From contig CAZBEO010000001.1 of assembly GCA_964490935.1 (NCBI GenBank), positions 20,742-84,741 of the forward strand: 64,000 bases of DNA. The letters run 5' to 3'. How positions within the stretch are numbered: position 1 is the stretch's first letter; each line of letters begins with the position of its first letter. The notes below the pieces were generated by a model. The model worked only from the letters and a program-made list of their open reading frames with translations, was not told the DNA's origin and ran no database searches. This document shows positions 44,676-54,945 of the stretch, in pieces. Position numbers and translations under genes: made by a program. The stretch is from an uncultured Verrucomicrobiota bacterium (GTDB lineage Bacteria > Verrucomicrobiota > Kiritimatiellia > RZYC01).

Positions 44676-46976
44676 ATGGATGATCTTTTACTGGATTTTA
44701 TAACGGAGTCAAAAGAACACCTAGATACCATCGAGGATGACTTCGTCATGCTCGTCCAGCAAAAAGACAATCCAGACAGCGAACTGGTCAACAAGGTGTT
44801 CCGCGCCATTCACACGGTGAAGGGCGTGGCCGGGTTCGTCGGGCAGAAACGCATCGGCGAACTCTCTCACGTCATGGAGTCCCTCCTGCAGCAAATCAAG
44901 GTAGGCAAAAAGAAGCCCGAACAGCGCTACATGGATGTCCTGCTCGAGGGCGTGGACCAATTGAATACCATGCTGGACAACATCGAGGACGCCAACGATA
45001 TGGATATTTCTAAGGTATACGACAAACTCAGCGTGCTGGTGGAGGAAGAGAGCCCGAGCGCCGAGGCAGCGCCACTCCAATCGAAGTCCGAGCCGCCTAC
45101 GGAAGAAAAGAAAAAAGCTACCGCAAAAAGCAAGAAGGCGGACGTGGCACCTGCCAAAGAAACCCCGCCACCCCCTCCTGAGCCCGAACCACTGGCCGAC
45201 ATCCCGGAACTCTCTATTACGCCGGACATGATCGCGCGCTTCACGCAGGAATCCATGGACCTGCTCGACGAAGCGGAGCAAGGCCTCCTGCAGATTGACA
45301 AACATCCGGAAGGTGCCGATGGCTATATCGGAGAAGCCTTCCGCATGATGCACAGCTTCAAGGGCAACTGCGGATTCTTCGGCTTGGCCGATTTTGAACA
45401 GCTTAGTCACAGGGTCGAAAACATACTCGATGCCATGCGACACGGCGAAACAGCCGGATCAAAAAACGCCATTGGACTCCTGCTGAAAATGGTGGACTTC
45501 CTTCGCAACGGCCTGACCAATTACGCCGAGCACGGCAAATCCAAAATTCTCGGTCTGCCCGGGATGCTGGACCTGCTCAGCGACATGATCCCTGGCGAGG
45601 CTCCCGAAAAGAGTGCGGAGGCTCCTACCTCCACTCCGGCACCCGAAGAAAAGAAAGAAGAACTAACGTTCGACAAGGAGGAACCACCGCCGCCGCCCGC
45701 CAAGCCAGAAAAGGCGGTTGCCCCGCCCCCCGCTCCCGCGCCCAAAGAGGAAAGCCAGACAAGCACGACCAGGTCGATGCCCACTGCCACTGCAGCGGTA
45801 CGCCAGGGCATCCGCGTGGACATTGACAAACTCGACCGCCTCATCAACCTGGTGGGCGAACTGGTCATCGCCGAGGCGATGGTGGTGCGCAATCCGGCGG
45901 TCATGGACATGGAAGACGAAACACTCGAGCGGGCCATTCACCACTTAAACCGCGTCTCCGCTGATCTGCAGGATGTGGCCATGTCCGTGCGCATGGTGCC
46001 CCTCTCCGCCACCTTCCGCAAGATGACGCGTCTGGTCTACGATGTTTCCAAAAAAGCGGGAAAAAACGTGGAGTTACAACTCGATGGCGAAGACACTGAG
46101 GTGGACAAAACCGTGATCGAGCAGATCGGCGATCCCCTGGTACATATCGTGCGCAACGCCATTGATCACGGACTCGAAAACCCCGAAGAACGCCGGGCCG
46201 CCGGCAAGTCCGAAAACGGCATCGTGCACATCGAAGCACGTCACGAAGGCGGCGAAGTCTGGATCATCATCAAGGACGACGGCAAAGGCCTGAACCGTGA
46301 GCGCATCCTGAAAAAAGCCGTGACCAACGGCCTGATTCAGGAAGACCAGGCATCTGAAATGAAAGACGAAGAAGTCTTTAAACTGGTCTTTGAACCGGGA
46401 TTTTCCACGGCGGAAAAGGTCACAGATATCTCCGGGCGCGGCGTGGGCATGGACGTGGTGAAAAAGAACATCGAAAAGCTGAAGGGCCGTGTTGAAGTGC
46501 GAAGCAAACCCGGCCAGGGAAGCACCTTTATTATGCACATCCCGCTGACGCTGGCCATCATCGACGGCATGTTGATCCGCGTGAGCGATGCCCGCTACAC
46601 CATTCCATTGCTATCCATCCGGGAAACACTGCGTCCAACCCGCTCGCAAATCACGGTGACGCCGGACGGCCAAGAAATCGTGCGGCTGCGCGAGGAAATG
46701 ATTCCGGTATTGCGGCTCCATAAAATTTTCAACAAGAAGACCGACTGCGCCTCGCTGGAGCAGGGCCTGCTGATCATTGTGGAATGCGACCGGGACTGTG
46801 TGGCCCTGTTTGTGGATGAATTGCTCGGGCAGCATCAGACGGTCATCAAGGGCCTGTCGGACTATCTGGGAAGCGCACGCGGCGTATCCGGGTGCACCAT
46901 TCTGGGTGATGGGCAAGTCAGCCTGATTCTGAATGTGGGTGGCTTGATCGATATCAGCAACGATCAACGCGCCTGA
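44676..46976 (+). CDS. cheA: chemotaxis histidine kinase CheA with two Hpt (P1) domains
   Basis: Two Hpt domains (FRAIHTVKG and FRMMHSFKG), Pro-rich linkers, a dimerisation domain, HATPase (GRGVGMDVV), and a CheW-like C-terminus. Confidence 0.85.
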   Translation: MDDLLLDFITESKEHLDTIEDDFVMLVQQKDNPDSELVNKVFRAIHTVKGVAGFVGQKRIGELSHVMESLLQQIKVGKKKPEQRYMDVLLEGVDQLNTMLDNIEDANDMDISKVYDKLSVLVEEESPSAEAAPLQSKSEPPTEEKKKATAKSKKADVAPAKETPPPPPEPEPLADIPELSITPDMIARFTQESMDLLDEAEQGLLQIDKHPEGADGYIGEAFRMMHSFKGNCGFFGLADFEQLSHRVENILDAMRHGETAGSKNAIGLLLKMVDFLRNGLTNYAEHGKSKILGLPGMLDLLSDMIPGEAPEKSAEAPTSTPAPEEKKEELTFDKEEPPPPPAKPEKAVAPPPAPAPKEESQTSTTRSMPTATAAVRQGIRVDIDKLDRLINLVGELVIAEAMVVRNPAVMDMEDETLERAIHHLNRVSADLQDVAMSVRMVPLSATFRKMTRLVYDVSKKAGKNVELQLDGEDTEVDKTVIEQIGDPLVHIVRNAIDHGLENPEERRAAGKSENGIVHIEARHEGGEVWIIIKDDGKGLNRERILKKAVTNGLIQEDQASEMKDEEVFKLVFEPGFSTAEKVTDISGRGVGMDVVKKNIEKLKGRVEVRSKPGQGSTFIMHIPLTLAIIDGMLIRVSDARYTIPLLSIRETLRPTRSQITVTPDGQEIVRLREEMIPVLRLHKIFNKKTDCASLEQGLLIIVECDRDCVALFVDELLGQHQTVIKGLSDYLGSARGVSGCTILGDGQVSLILNVGGLIDISNDQRA

Positions 46977-48676
46977 ACCACAAGCCATCCATGCGGCGGG
47001 ATGTCCTGTCGGGGTTCACTGATTGCCCGCCCGCTCCATAGATCCGTCCCGACGAAGGGCAGTAGTGCTGAAATCGTCCGTTCCTGTACGTTGAACAATA
47101 CGGCGATTTCTGCATGACCCGCAAGCGACCGAACAAAGCCAAGCGCCTCGCTGGGCTCATTTTTTGTCCACCAATGCAAATCGCCCCGGCACAGAACCGG
47201 ATGTTTCCGACGCAAAGCAATAGCCTGCCGATAAAATGCGAAGAGTTCCCGGTCGGGTGCGCGGGAAACCGGAAAAACCCCTCCTCCGGGCAAACGCTCC
47301 GACTGCTCATAGGTCACATCATCCCAGAGCATGGGCTGCCGATCATCCGGATCATTCACGCCCCACATTCCGACTTCCGTACCGTAATAAATCATCGGGG
47401 CCCCGAGGTAGGTCATCTGCATCACCACCAATTGCCTCAGGAGTTTCTTCTCGCGAGCGCCGGGTTGCCTGGTGAAGAGATCCGGATGATCGCTCAAACG
47501 GAATTCGGCAAAATAATCATCCCAGGTTTTTTTCGGATGGTCGGGATTGGCGATAGTGGAGAGAATGCGTCCGGTGTCGTGCGAGTCGAACAGGTTCTGC
47601 AAAATGCCGTTCACTTCTGGAGGATAGGCATCAAGCAGGGCCTGTAGCTTGGTCCGGCATTCTGCAGCATCGATGGCGTATTTCCCGCGAATGAAATAAC
47701 TCAGCGCCGGATAGACCCACATATAGTTCATGACCGCGTCCAGTTCGTCGCCCTGCAGAAATTCAGTCGCCAGATTGACCACCTCGCCGGTGGTATACGC
47801 CTCGGGATTGATACGCTTGACCAGCGCACTCCACTCCTTCCAGAAGCGGTGCGGAACGCAGAATGCCACGTCCAATCGCCAGCCATCCACGCCCCAGATC
47901 AAATCGCCGTCGCCGTGCGGGTCCATCCAGCGGCGTGTGACGTGAAAAAGATAGTCCCGAACTGGGACAACCAGATTGCCGTCCGCACGACCGAACTCGG
48001 GCAGCGACCGCACGCCGAACCAACCGATGTAATCAAACGTGCCGTCCCGATGCCACCGCTCCACCGTATGCCAATCGCGATAGGCCGACGACGCGCCGAT
48101 TTTTAGCAAATCCTGAAAAGCGAAAAAGGCGCGACCGGTATGATTGAACACCCCGTCAAGAATCACTCGCATGCCGCGCTGATGTATTTCATGCACCAAC
48201 TCCACAAAAAACAAATCCGCCGCCGTCCATATCCAGGTGGCGGGGTCCTCCGTTTCCTTGGCCTCGGCCAAACGCTGCAAATCCCCCGCCCGGTCCGGGC
48301 CGAACGCTGGATCGATGTGATGAAAACACGTCGCGTCGTATTTATGCAGCGACTGCGCCTGAAAAACCGGATTCAGATAAAGGGCGTTCACCCCAAGTTC
48401 CTGGAGATAATCGAGCTTTTCGCGCACGCCCACGAGGTCGCCTCCGAATCGCCGGTTGAACACCGCGCTCCGGTTGAATTTGCCCGGTTCCCTTTCCCAT
48501 TCGTCCTGATCATACCAATCCATCCCCCACGGTGAAATACGCCAGCCCGGGATCGGCTCTTCTGAAAAATCCGACACCTCCGGATTACTCGACGGACAAC
48601 CATTGCGGAAACGTTCCGGGAAAATTTGATACCATACTGCGTCGTGCGCCCATTCGGGGATGTTATGCCGATCCAT
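46964..48676 (-). CDS. glycoside hydrolase family 13 (alpha-amylase superfamily) enzyme
   Basis: GH13 regions DGVFNH, GWRLDVA, EVV and FDSHD. 13-nt convergent overlap with cheA. Confidence 0.8.
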   Translation of the reverse strand: MDRHNIPEWAHDAVWYQIFPERFRNGCPSSNPEVSDFSEEPIPGWRISPWGMDWYDQDEWEREPGKFNRSAVFNRRFGGDLVGVREKLDYLQELGVNALYLNPVFQAQSLHKYDATCFHHIDPAFGPDRAGDLQRLAEAKETEDPATWIWTAADLFFVELVHEIHQRGMRVILDGVFNHTGRAFFAFQDLLKIGASSAYRDWHTVERWHRDGTFDYIGWFGVRSLPEFGRADGNLVVPVRDYLFHVTRRWMDPHGDGDLIWGVDGWRLDVAFCVPHRFWKEWSALVKRINPEAYTTGEVVNLATEFLQGDELDAVMNYMWVYPALSYFIRGKYAIDAAECRTKLQALLDAYPPEVNGILQNLFDSHDTGRILSTIANPDHPKKTWDDYFAEFRLSDHPDLFTRQPGAREKKLLRQLVVMQMTYLGAPMIYYGTEVGMWGVNDPDDRQPMLWDDVTYEQSERLPGGGVFPVSRAPDRELFAFYRQAIALRRKHPVLCRGDLHWWTKNEPSEALGFVRSLAGHAEIAVLFNVQERTISALLPFVGTDLWSGRAISEPRQDIPPHGWLVVQAR

Positions 48677-48832
48677 GTGCCTGTTCTTTCTCCGTTTTCA
48701 GGGTCTCGGGGTCAAAAACGCAAAAGCATACCCCTATACAGGCTAAACCGATAGCGTTTTCCGCCTAAAATCAAGGCTTGCCATTGAGATGGCACCGCTT
48801 ATGCTCTCTTTACGTGCCGGGAGTTCCTTTTT

Positions 48833-49831
48833 ATGCAGAAAGACATACTGATCATTAAGCTGGGATACTGTGAAACACTCGTCAACGAGCAAGGGTTTGT
48901 ACCCAGTCTCGGCGACGTGTTTCGGCATACGGTTTTGTTGCATCGCTATGCAAATGATAGGGTTACCTGGCTGACCAGCCTGTCCGCCGTGCCCCTCCTG
49001 CGCGGAAATCCCTATATTGACGAACTGCTCGTCTACGATGAAAACACGACCGAGGCGCTAAAAAAACGACACTTTGATGAAATTATCTGCATCGAAAAGG
49101 CCGCCACCATCTGCCATTTAGCCAAAAGTATCCCCGCCAATATCTATTACGGGTTCGGATGGAACGGAAAGAACGTGGATGCCCATCCAAACGCCCAGCC
49201 CGCTCTTGATATTGCCAATGGAAAAGATCACTTTCTCCCCATTCAGGCCCTTCTCTACCAAATGGTCGCCGGCTACTGGAACGGCGAAGAGTATATTCTC
49301 GGCTACACCCCGAAAAAACTGCCCAAATACGATGTCGGCCTCAACTTTCGGGTCGGAAGCAAGTGGCCCACGAAGGCCTGGCCGAGGCACCACTGGCAGA
49401 AACTCGCCGCCCTCTGTGAGCAGAAAGGCTACTCCGTAAGCTGGCAGAAGGGCGAAAAAGATATTGAAGAATACATCGACTGGATTAACGCCGGACGCAT
49501 CATCATCACCTGCGACAGCCTTGGCATGCACCTGGGTCTCGCCCTAAAAAAGAAGGTCGCCGCCCTCTTCGGCCCCACCCCTTCCGACGGCATCTACATG
49601 TACGGGCGCGGCCTTATCATTCGGGCCAACTGGTCCTGCATGGACCTGCCCTGCATGAAACCGCAATGCAAAAAAGACACTGCCTGCATGGAGGCTATTC
49701 AGCCGGACATGGTCTTTCAGGCCATTCTCAACATGATGAACGACTCCGCCGTCAGCTCCAGTCGTCGCCGCTGCCCCGCCACCCTGCGTGCCACAGCCCA
49801 GCAGCCCCTGATCCCCGTTGAGTCGCCCTGA
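48833..49831 (+). CDS. glycosyltransferase family 9 (heptosyltransferase-like)
   Basis: N-terminal ILIIKLG and C-terminal ITCDSLGMHLGLALKKKVAALFGPT GT9 signatures. Confidence 0.7.
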   Translation: MQKDILIIKLGYCETLVNEQGFVPSLGDVFRHTVLLHRYANDRVTWLTSLSAVPLLRGNPYIDELLVYDENTTEALKKRHFDEIICIEKAATICHLAKSIPANIYYGFGWNGKNVDAHPNAQPALDIANGKDHFLPIQALLYQMVAGYWNGEEYILGYTPKKLPKYDVGLNFRVGSKWPTKAWPRHHWQKLAALCEQKGYSVSWQKGEKDIEEYIDWINAGRIIITCDSLGMHLGLALKKKVAALFGPTPSDGIYMYGRGLIIRANWSCMDLPCMKPQCKKDTACMEAIQPDMVFQAILNMMNDSAVSSSRRRCPATLRATAQQPLIPVESP

Positions 49832-49842
49832 GAGGTATGCCC

Positions 49843-50778
49843 ATGACCTCTCCCGAACTCGTGACTATTCCCGATTCATTCAACTACATCGGAATCTTTC
49901 TTACCTTCCGCTGTCCCTACCGCTGCTCCTACTGCATCAACCAGTACGGCAACGGCGTTCACCTCGACTACCCCGAAATCCCCGGCACCGACTGGGTGAA
50001 TTTCTTCCGCCGACTCCCCGCCAACGACATACCCATTACCCTCCAGGGCGGTGAACCCGGACTCCACCCCGACTTCTTCTCCATCCTGCACGACACCCTC
50101 GAATTTCACCCCGTGGACATCCTGACCAACCTCGCCTTTGATCTCGACCGCTTCATTGCCGAGATTGATCCCGCTCGCATCAATCGACCCGCCCCTTACG
50201 CCCCCATTCGCGTCAGCTTCCACCCCGAACAATTTTCTCTGCCCTTTATCACCGAAAAAATTCTTCTCCTCATGAACGCTGGATTCCGCGTCGGCCTCTA
50301 CGGCGTAACCCACCCCAATCAGACAGACCTCATGGAAGAGGCCGCCAGCACCTGCCGAAACCTGGGCATAGACTTCCGACTCAAACCCTTTTTGGGCACC
50401 CACCAAGGAAAACTCCACGGACAATACACCCACCCCGATGCCTGCGACGGAAAGTCCCCCCGCACCTGCGACTGCGCCACCTCTGAACTGCTCGCCGCCC
50501 CCGACGGCACCATCCACCGCTGTCACACCTTTTGCTACCGGCACCTCCAACCCGTGGCCACCATCTACGATGCCCAACTCACCCTCACCGACGACTTCAC
50601 CCCCTGCAATCTCTTCGGCCAGTGCAACCCGTGCGACATCAAAGTAAAAAACAACCGCTTCCAGCAGTTCGGCCACGTCGCCACCCGCATCCGAAACATT
50701 CGCTCAAAAGTTTGCGACATGATGGCCCCGGGAGGGGCCGAGGATAATAGCCCGGGGTCAGCGACCCCGGGAAGTTGA
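49843..50778 (+). CDS. radical SAM protein with Cys-rich SPASM-like C-terminus
   Basis: CPYRCSYC cluster motif and C-terminal CDC...C...C...CNPC cysteines. Translationally coupled to the GT9 gene. Confidence 0.6.
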   Translation: MTSPELVTIPDSFNYIGIFLTFRCPYRCSYCINQYGNGVHLDYPEIPGTDWVNFFRRLPANDIPITLQGGEPGLHPDFFSILHDTLEFHPVDILTNLAFDLDRFIAEIDPARINRPAPYAPIRVSFHPEQFSLPFITEKILLLMNAGFRVGLYGVTHPNQTDLMEEAASTCRNLGIDFRLKPFLGTHQGKLHGQYTHPDACDGKSPRTCDCATSELLAAPDGTIHRCHTFCYRHLQPVATIYDAQLTLTDDFTPCNLFGQCNPCDIKVKNNRFQQFGHVATRIRNIRSKVCDMMAPGGAEDNSPGSATPGS

Positions 50779-50793
50779 CAAACAAAACAAGAT

Positions 50794-50890
50794 GCACCCC
50801 GGAGGGGGTGCATGGGGTGTTGGAGAATCAGAAACCCAGGGTCTTCCGACCCCTGTGCTATATGCCTTCACCCCATCCGGGATGTAACTC
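50794..50890. repeat. ~100-bp MITE-like dispersed repeat, copy B
   Basis: Aligns with the reverse complement of 23262..23366. Starts with a GCACCCC-GGAG-GGGGTGC hairpin, followed by GACTTTTGTCGGT (50896..50908). Confidence 0.55.
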
Positions 50891-50916
50891 ACGCGGACTT
50901 TTGTCGGTGGAATCAA

Positions 50917-51897
50917 TCATCGGAACGATTGGATCAGATCGCCGGAGACGACGGTTTTGCGGGTGCCGTCGGGGAGGCGCAGGACGAGGGCTCCCTCCGG
51001 CGTAATGGATTCGGCATGGCCTTCGAGGGCTCCCGCTTCCTGTCGTACGGTGACGGTTCGGCCGAGCGTGCAGCTTCGGGCGCGCCAAGCCTCGAGCACC
51101 GGTTCAAATCCTTCCGTGCAAGCCTGCACGTAGCGCCGTTCAAAGGATTCGATAATCGTGCGGGCGAGCGCCCTGCGGTCGAGCGGCGCGCCGGCCTCGG
51201 CGGCCAGCGAGGTGGCCTGTTCGCGCAGTTCCGGCGGAATGGCATCGGCGGGTGTGTTGATGTTGAGTCCGATGCCCAGGACGGCGTAATCAATCGAATC
51301 GAGATCAAAGCCAGCTTCCGTCAGGATGCCGCAGATTTTTTTTTCGCCGATCAGCAGATCGTTCGGCCATTTCACCTCGGCACGAATTCCGGCAGTCTCT
51401 TCAATCGCTTCGGAGACGGCGACGGCGGCCAGCAGGGGCAACAAGGTGAGACTTCGTGGAGAAAAGCCGGGGCGCAACAGCATGGTAAAACACAGGCCAT
51501 GCGAGGCATCCGAGAGCCATGCGCGCCCGCGCCGCCCCCGTCCGTCTGTTTGGTGTTCAGCAATGAACAGGGTGCCTTCAGGGCATCCGGAGAGAGCGGC
51601 CTCTTTGGCGGTCGTATTGGTGGACGGCAGTTGCCTGAAGTAGTGAATGCCTTGTTGTCCGAAGTGCTTTGTTTGAAGCTGAAAGCGTATTTCTTCGGGC
51701 AGCAGGAGGTCGGGCGCGGCATGGAATCGGTAGCCTTTTCGGTGGGCGGATTCGATGCGGTAGCCCATCTCGTTAAGGGTGGCGACCTGTTTGCTCACGG
51801 CCATTCGGCTGATACCGAGTTGCGTGGCGAGGCTTTCGCCGGTGAGCCAGCCGTCAGACGTGCGCAGTGCGGTAAGAATCGAATCGCGATTAGTCAT
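50917..51897 (-). CDS. birA: bifunctional biotin-[acetyl-CoA-carboxylase] ligase / biotin operon repressor
   Basis: N-terminal HTH, BPL catalytic GRRGRAW and KWPNDLL motifs. The start overlaps the upstream gene stop by 8 nt. Confidence 0.8.
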   Translation of the reverse strand: MTNRDSILTALRTSDGWLTGESLATQLGISRMAVSKQVATLNEMGYRIESAHRKGYRFHAAPDLLLPEEIRFQLQTKHFGQQGIHYFRQLPSTNTTAKEAALSGCPEGTLFIAEHQTDGRGRRGRAWLSDASHGLCFTMLLRPGFSPRSLTLLPLLAAVAVSEAIEETAGIRAEVKWPNDLLIGEKKICGILTEAGFDLDSIDYAVLGIGLNINTPADAIPPELREQATSLAAEAGAPLDRRALARTIIESFERRYVQACTEGFEPVLEAWRARSCTLGRTVTVRQEAGALEGHAESITPEGALVLRLPDGTRKTVVSGDLIQSFR

Positions 51898-54343
51898 GTT
51901 CACTCCCCCCGGCAGCGCGCAGGCGATCCGCCGCTTCGCTTGCCAACCCCACGGTTTGATCACGGTTTTCCTGCAGTAATTCGATGCGAAAAGCAGCGGC
52001 CCCGCGAAAAGCGTCGGCCTCGAGAAGAGCCAAGGACGACTCGGGTTGGTTGCGGATGATCTGATTGCGCCCGACCTGATCGCGCAGGGCCCTATACGTC
52101 ACGCCCTTGCGGTCCGTCAGTTCCAATTCGTTGGCCTTGCATGGTTCGCCGCACTTCGGCCAGCCATGCCCCGTGCCGAGGTGATGCGCGTAGAGGCAGT
52201 ATTGGGTAAAGAAGAGCGTGGGATGATGGTACGCGAGCCATTCCCAGCGACCAGGGTCGGTTTGGCGCGCCAGGAGGGCGCGGGCCTCTTCATCGAGTTC
52301 GAGCGCGGGGGTCAGAGCGGTCAATCCGCAGCGCAGGGCTTTTTGCGCGGCGGCGGGGTGCGCGATGTTGAGGGAAAAATCGCCGATCAATTCCAGGCCC
52401 GGGTGCAGTCGCCGCATGCGGCGGAAGGCACCCCAGGTGCGTGCGAGATAGAAATCAGGTTCGAGCGCGGCATGCTCTTCAATGAGATGTGCCTGCGGTT
52501 CGGTGATCACGCGCGGGCTGGTCAATCCCACCGGGAGGCCCGCTTCGCGCGTCCGGGCTAGGGCCTCGCGTAGAGCCTTTCCACCCGGAAATTCCAAGTA
52601 GATTCCCACGGGCGCGGCCATGTGCGGTGCGTGTTCGAGAAGCGCATCGAGTTGTTCTTCGGAGCGGACCAACCATTTCAGCACGGGTGCATAGGCCCCG
52701 GCTTCCTGAAGCACCGGCAAGGGCTCTTCGGGAAGGACGATATGCTGTTCAGCGTGTAGGCGCTGCTCTAGTAGGCGCTCAACCAGTTGGCGGCGCAGCT
52801 CGTTGAGCACGCTTTTCGGGATCATGAGGTCCGTTTGCTGAACCTGACCCTCCGCGCCTTCCAGCGTGATGGAGCCGGGGGCGTAGGGCGTATCGCCAAG
52901 GCGGCCCAACTGCTCGGTCAGCACCTCAAGGGTCGTCGGGCGGGTGCGGGCAGGCTCGGGCACGTGGGAGGATTCCACCTCCGCCTCGTGACCTGCCGCA
53001 TCGCGCCCGTACAGGCGGAGGGGCCGCCCCGCCGACGCAAACAACCTAAAATCCAACAGCACCGGATGCGGTGTGGTGATCTTGGCGTATGACTGGCGCA
53101 GCTCGCGGTCCAGCACCGGATCGGACGTCTTCCACACCGTCATCCCCGGGCGCAACGATGAAAGCTCCACGTCCTCCCGCCCAAAACCAAGTTCATACGC
53201 CTCGGGACCATGGCCCGAAGCAGGCAGACGTTGTGCCTGATAAATGCGGGCACCGGACCTGCGCCCCTCCGTATCCGGATAATCAAAGGCCACGCCGTCG
53301 CCCGGCTGTGGGGGAAAGAGCAAGTCCTTCGCCGTGTCCAGAATAACCGATCGCCTGCCGATGCGCGAAAGAGTTCCAAGCAGCAAACCTTGGTGCCCCA
53401 CGAGGCGGGAATCAACCAGTTCCGCATGTTCGTCGCCATGGACATAACCGGCGGTTTGCCCGCGTGCAAAAAGAATTTCCAGCGTCTGATGGGGCCGCTC
53501 GGTGCTGACCTTCTGATCGCGAAGCGCCGCCTGAATGGCATCGCGGTAGGCCGCCACCGTCGCAGCCACGTAGTCGGCCTTTTTGAGGCGTCCCTCGATC
53601 TTGAAGCAGGTCACGCCCGCCTGGATGCGCTCCTGCACAAAATCGAGCCCGCAGAAATCTTTTGGGCTGAGGAGGTGGCGACCCGGCGTTTCGAGGGGTG
53701 AACCGTGATTGGAGAGCGCGTAGGGTAGCCGACACGGCTGAGCGCACGCCCCCCGGTTTGCGCTGCGCCCGCCCATATAAAAACTGGCATGACACTGCCC
53801 GGAATAGGAGATGCACAAGGCCCCGTGCACAAACACCTCGAGTTCCACGGAGGTCTGCCAGCGAAGGTGGCGAATTTCCTCGGTGCTCAGCTCGCGCGGA
53901 AGAATCACGCGCGTAATGCCGAGTTCCTCCTGCGCCCAATTGATCGCCTCGGGCTCTGAAAGGGTCATTTGTGTGGAGGCGTGCAGCGGAAGCGAGGGAA
54001 TCCGACGGTGAATCCAGTCGGCCAGGCCGATGTCCTGTACAATCACGGCATCCACCCCCGAATGCGCCGCCGCCTCGGCCAGTCGCACCGCTTCATCCCA
54101 CTCATTTGGAAAAATCAGCGTGTTCAGCGTCAGATACAGCCGCACATTATGCCGGTGACACAGCGCCACAGCCTCCCCTAATCGCGGCCCTTCAAAATTC
54201 TCCGCCCGCAATCGGGCATTGAACCGGCCCGTACCCAGATAGACGGCATCCGCGCCATTCGCAATCGCGGCGCGCAAAGACTCCTCGTCACCTGCGGGCG
54301 CGAGCAATTCAATTGGGACGGGTTGCAGTGGCTGGCTTGTCAT
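51890..54343 (-). CDS. U32-family peptidase-like protein (YegQ/RlhA-like) with DUF3656-type C-terminal extension
   Basis: U32 core with conserved Cys cluster (CISYSGQCHAS...CAQPCR). 817 aa. Confidence 0.75.
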   Translation of the reverse strand: MTSQPLQPVPIELLAPAGDEESLRAAIANGADAVYLGTGRFNARLRAENFEGPRLGEAVALCHRHNVRLYLTLNTLIFPNEWDEAVRLAEAAAHSGVDAVIVQDIGLADWIHRRIPSLPLHASTQMTLSEPEAINWAQEELGITRVILPRELSTEEIRHLRWQTSVELEVFVHGALCISYSGQCHASFYMGGRSANRGACAQPCRLPYALSNHGSPLETPGRHLLSPKDFCGLDFVQERIQAGVTCFKIEGRLKKADYVAATVAAYRDAIQAALRDQKVSTERPHQTLEILFARGQTAGYVHGDEHAELVDSRLVGHQGLLLGTLSRIGRRSVILDTAKDLLFPPQPGDGVAFDYPDTEGRRSGARIYQAQRLPASGHGPEAYELGFGREDVELSSLRPGMTVWKTSDPVLDRELRQSYAKITTPHPVLLDFRLFASAGRPLRLYGRDAAGHEAEVESSHVPEPARTRPTTLEVLTEQLGRLGDTPYAPGSITLEGAEGQVQQTDLMIPKSVLNELRRQLVERLLEQRLHAEQHIVLPEEPLPVLQEAGAYAPVLKWLVRSEEQLDALLEHAPHMAAPVGIYLEFPGGKALREALARTREAGLPVGLTSPRVITEPQAHLIEEHAALEPDFYLARTWGAFRRMRRLHPGLELIGDFSLNIAHPAAAQKALRCGLTALTPALELDEEARALLARQTDPGRWEWLAYHHPTLFFTQYCLYAHHLGTGHGWPKCGEPCKANELELTDRKGVTYRALRDQVGRNQIIRNQPESSLALLEADAFRGAAAFRIELLQENRDQTVGLASEAADRLRAAGGSEHD

Positions 54344-54401
54344 GATTGCAGCGGATATAGCCTATTCCTCTCTTTCGCGCAATACCTCGGCAGAAATTAT
54401 C

Positions 54402-54941
54402 CTACAGCGTGGACGCGCTATCCGGCGGAACGGCTCCCATTCTGCGCTTCAGTTCTTCGAGAAATGCAGCGAGATTCCCTTCGGTTATTTTTGCATGCGG
54501 GATAACATGCGCCTGCATGGTTCCGATAAAGAGGTAGCTGTGCGTCGGGGTGGACTCCACCCGTTCAATGCCCTGAAACAGCACCCTATGTTCTCCAACA
54601 TCCGTTCGTTCAACAAGCCCCGCAGTCGTAAGTTCCAACTCATGCCGACACAAAACTCCCGCGTTTGCGTCCTGTTTGTACATGTTGGCCAGCGTCTTAG
54701 TTTTGACTCTCCCCGCGAAAAACCAGAAGAGCAGCAGAAAAAGCGTACCCACACCCTCAAAAACCAGGATTCCCTCCGGATTTTCCCCAAGTCCTATCTC
54801 AACCAGACCGATCACCAGAAAAAGCAGTGCAAAGGCCGCAACAAGAATAATTTTTCTCCTGCGGATGTATGGGTTGTTCTTCAGGCAGTCTCGGTTGAAG
54901 GCCGCCAAGTCTTCCATATCCACCGTGTATTGAATTTTCAT
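54402..54941 (-). CDS. YcxB-like membrane protein
   Basis: Two central TM helices and YcxB-like topology. Internal ATG used; the ORF-track N-terminal extension was rejected. Confidence 0.4.
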   Translation of the reverse strand: MKIQYTVDMEDLAAFNRDCLKNNPYIRRRKIILVAAFALLFLVIGLVEIGLGENPEGILVFEGVGTLFLLLFWFFAGRVKTKTLANMYKQDANAGVLCRHELELTTAGLVERTDVGEHRVLFQGIERVESTPTHSYLFIGTMQAHVIPHAKITEGNLAAFLEELKRRMGAVPPDSASTL

Positions 54942-54945
54942 TCGT

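Noticed and set aside
50812-52059. 415-aa plus-strand ORF antisense to birA and the U32 gene
   Set aside because: No domain signal. birA motifs lie on the opposite strand.
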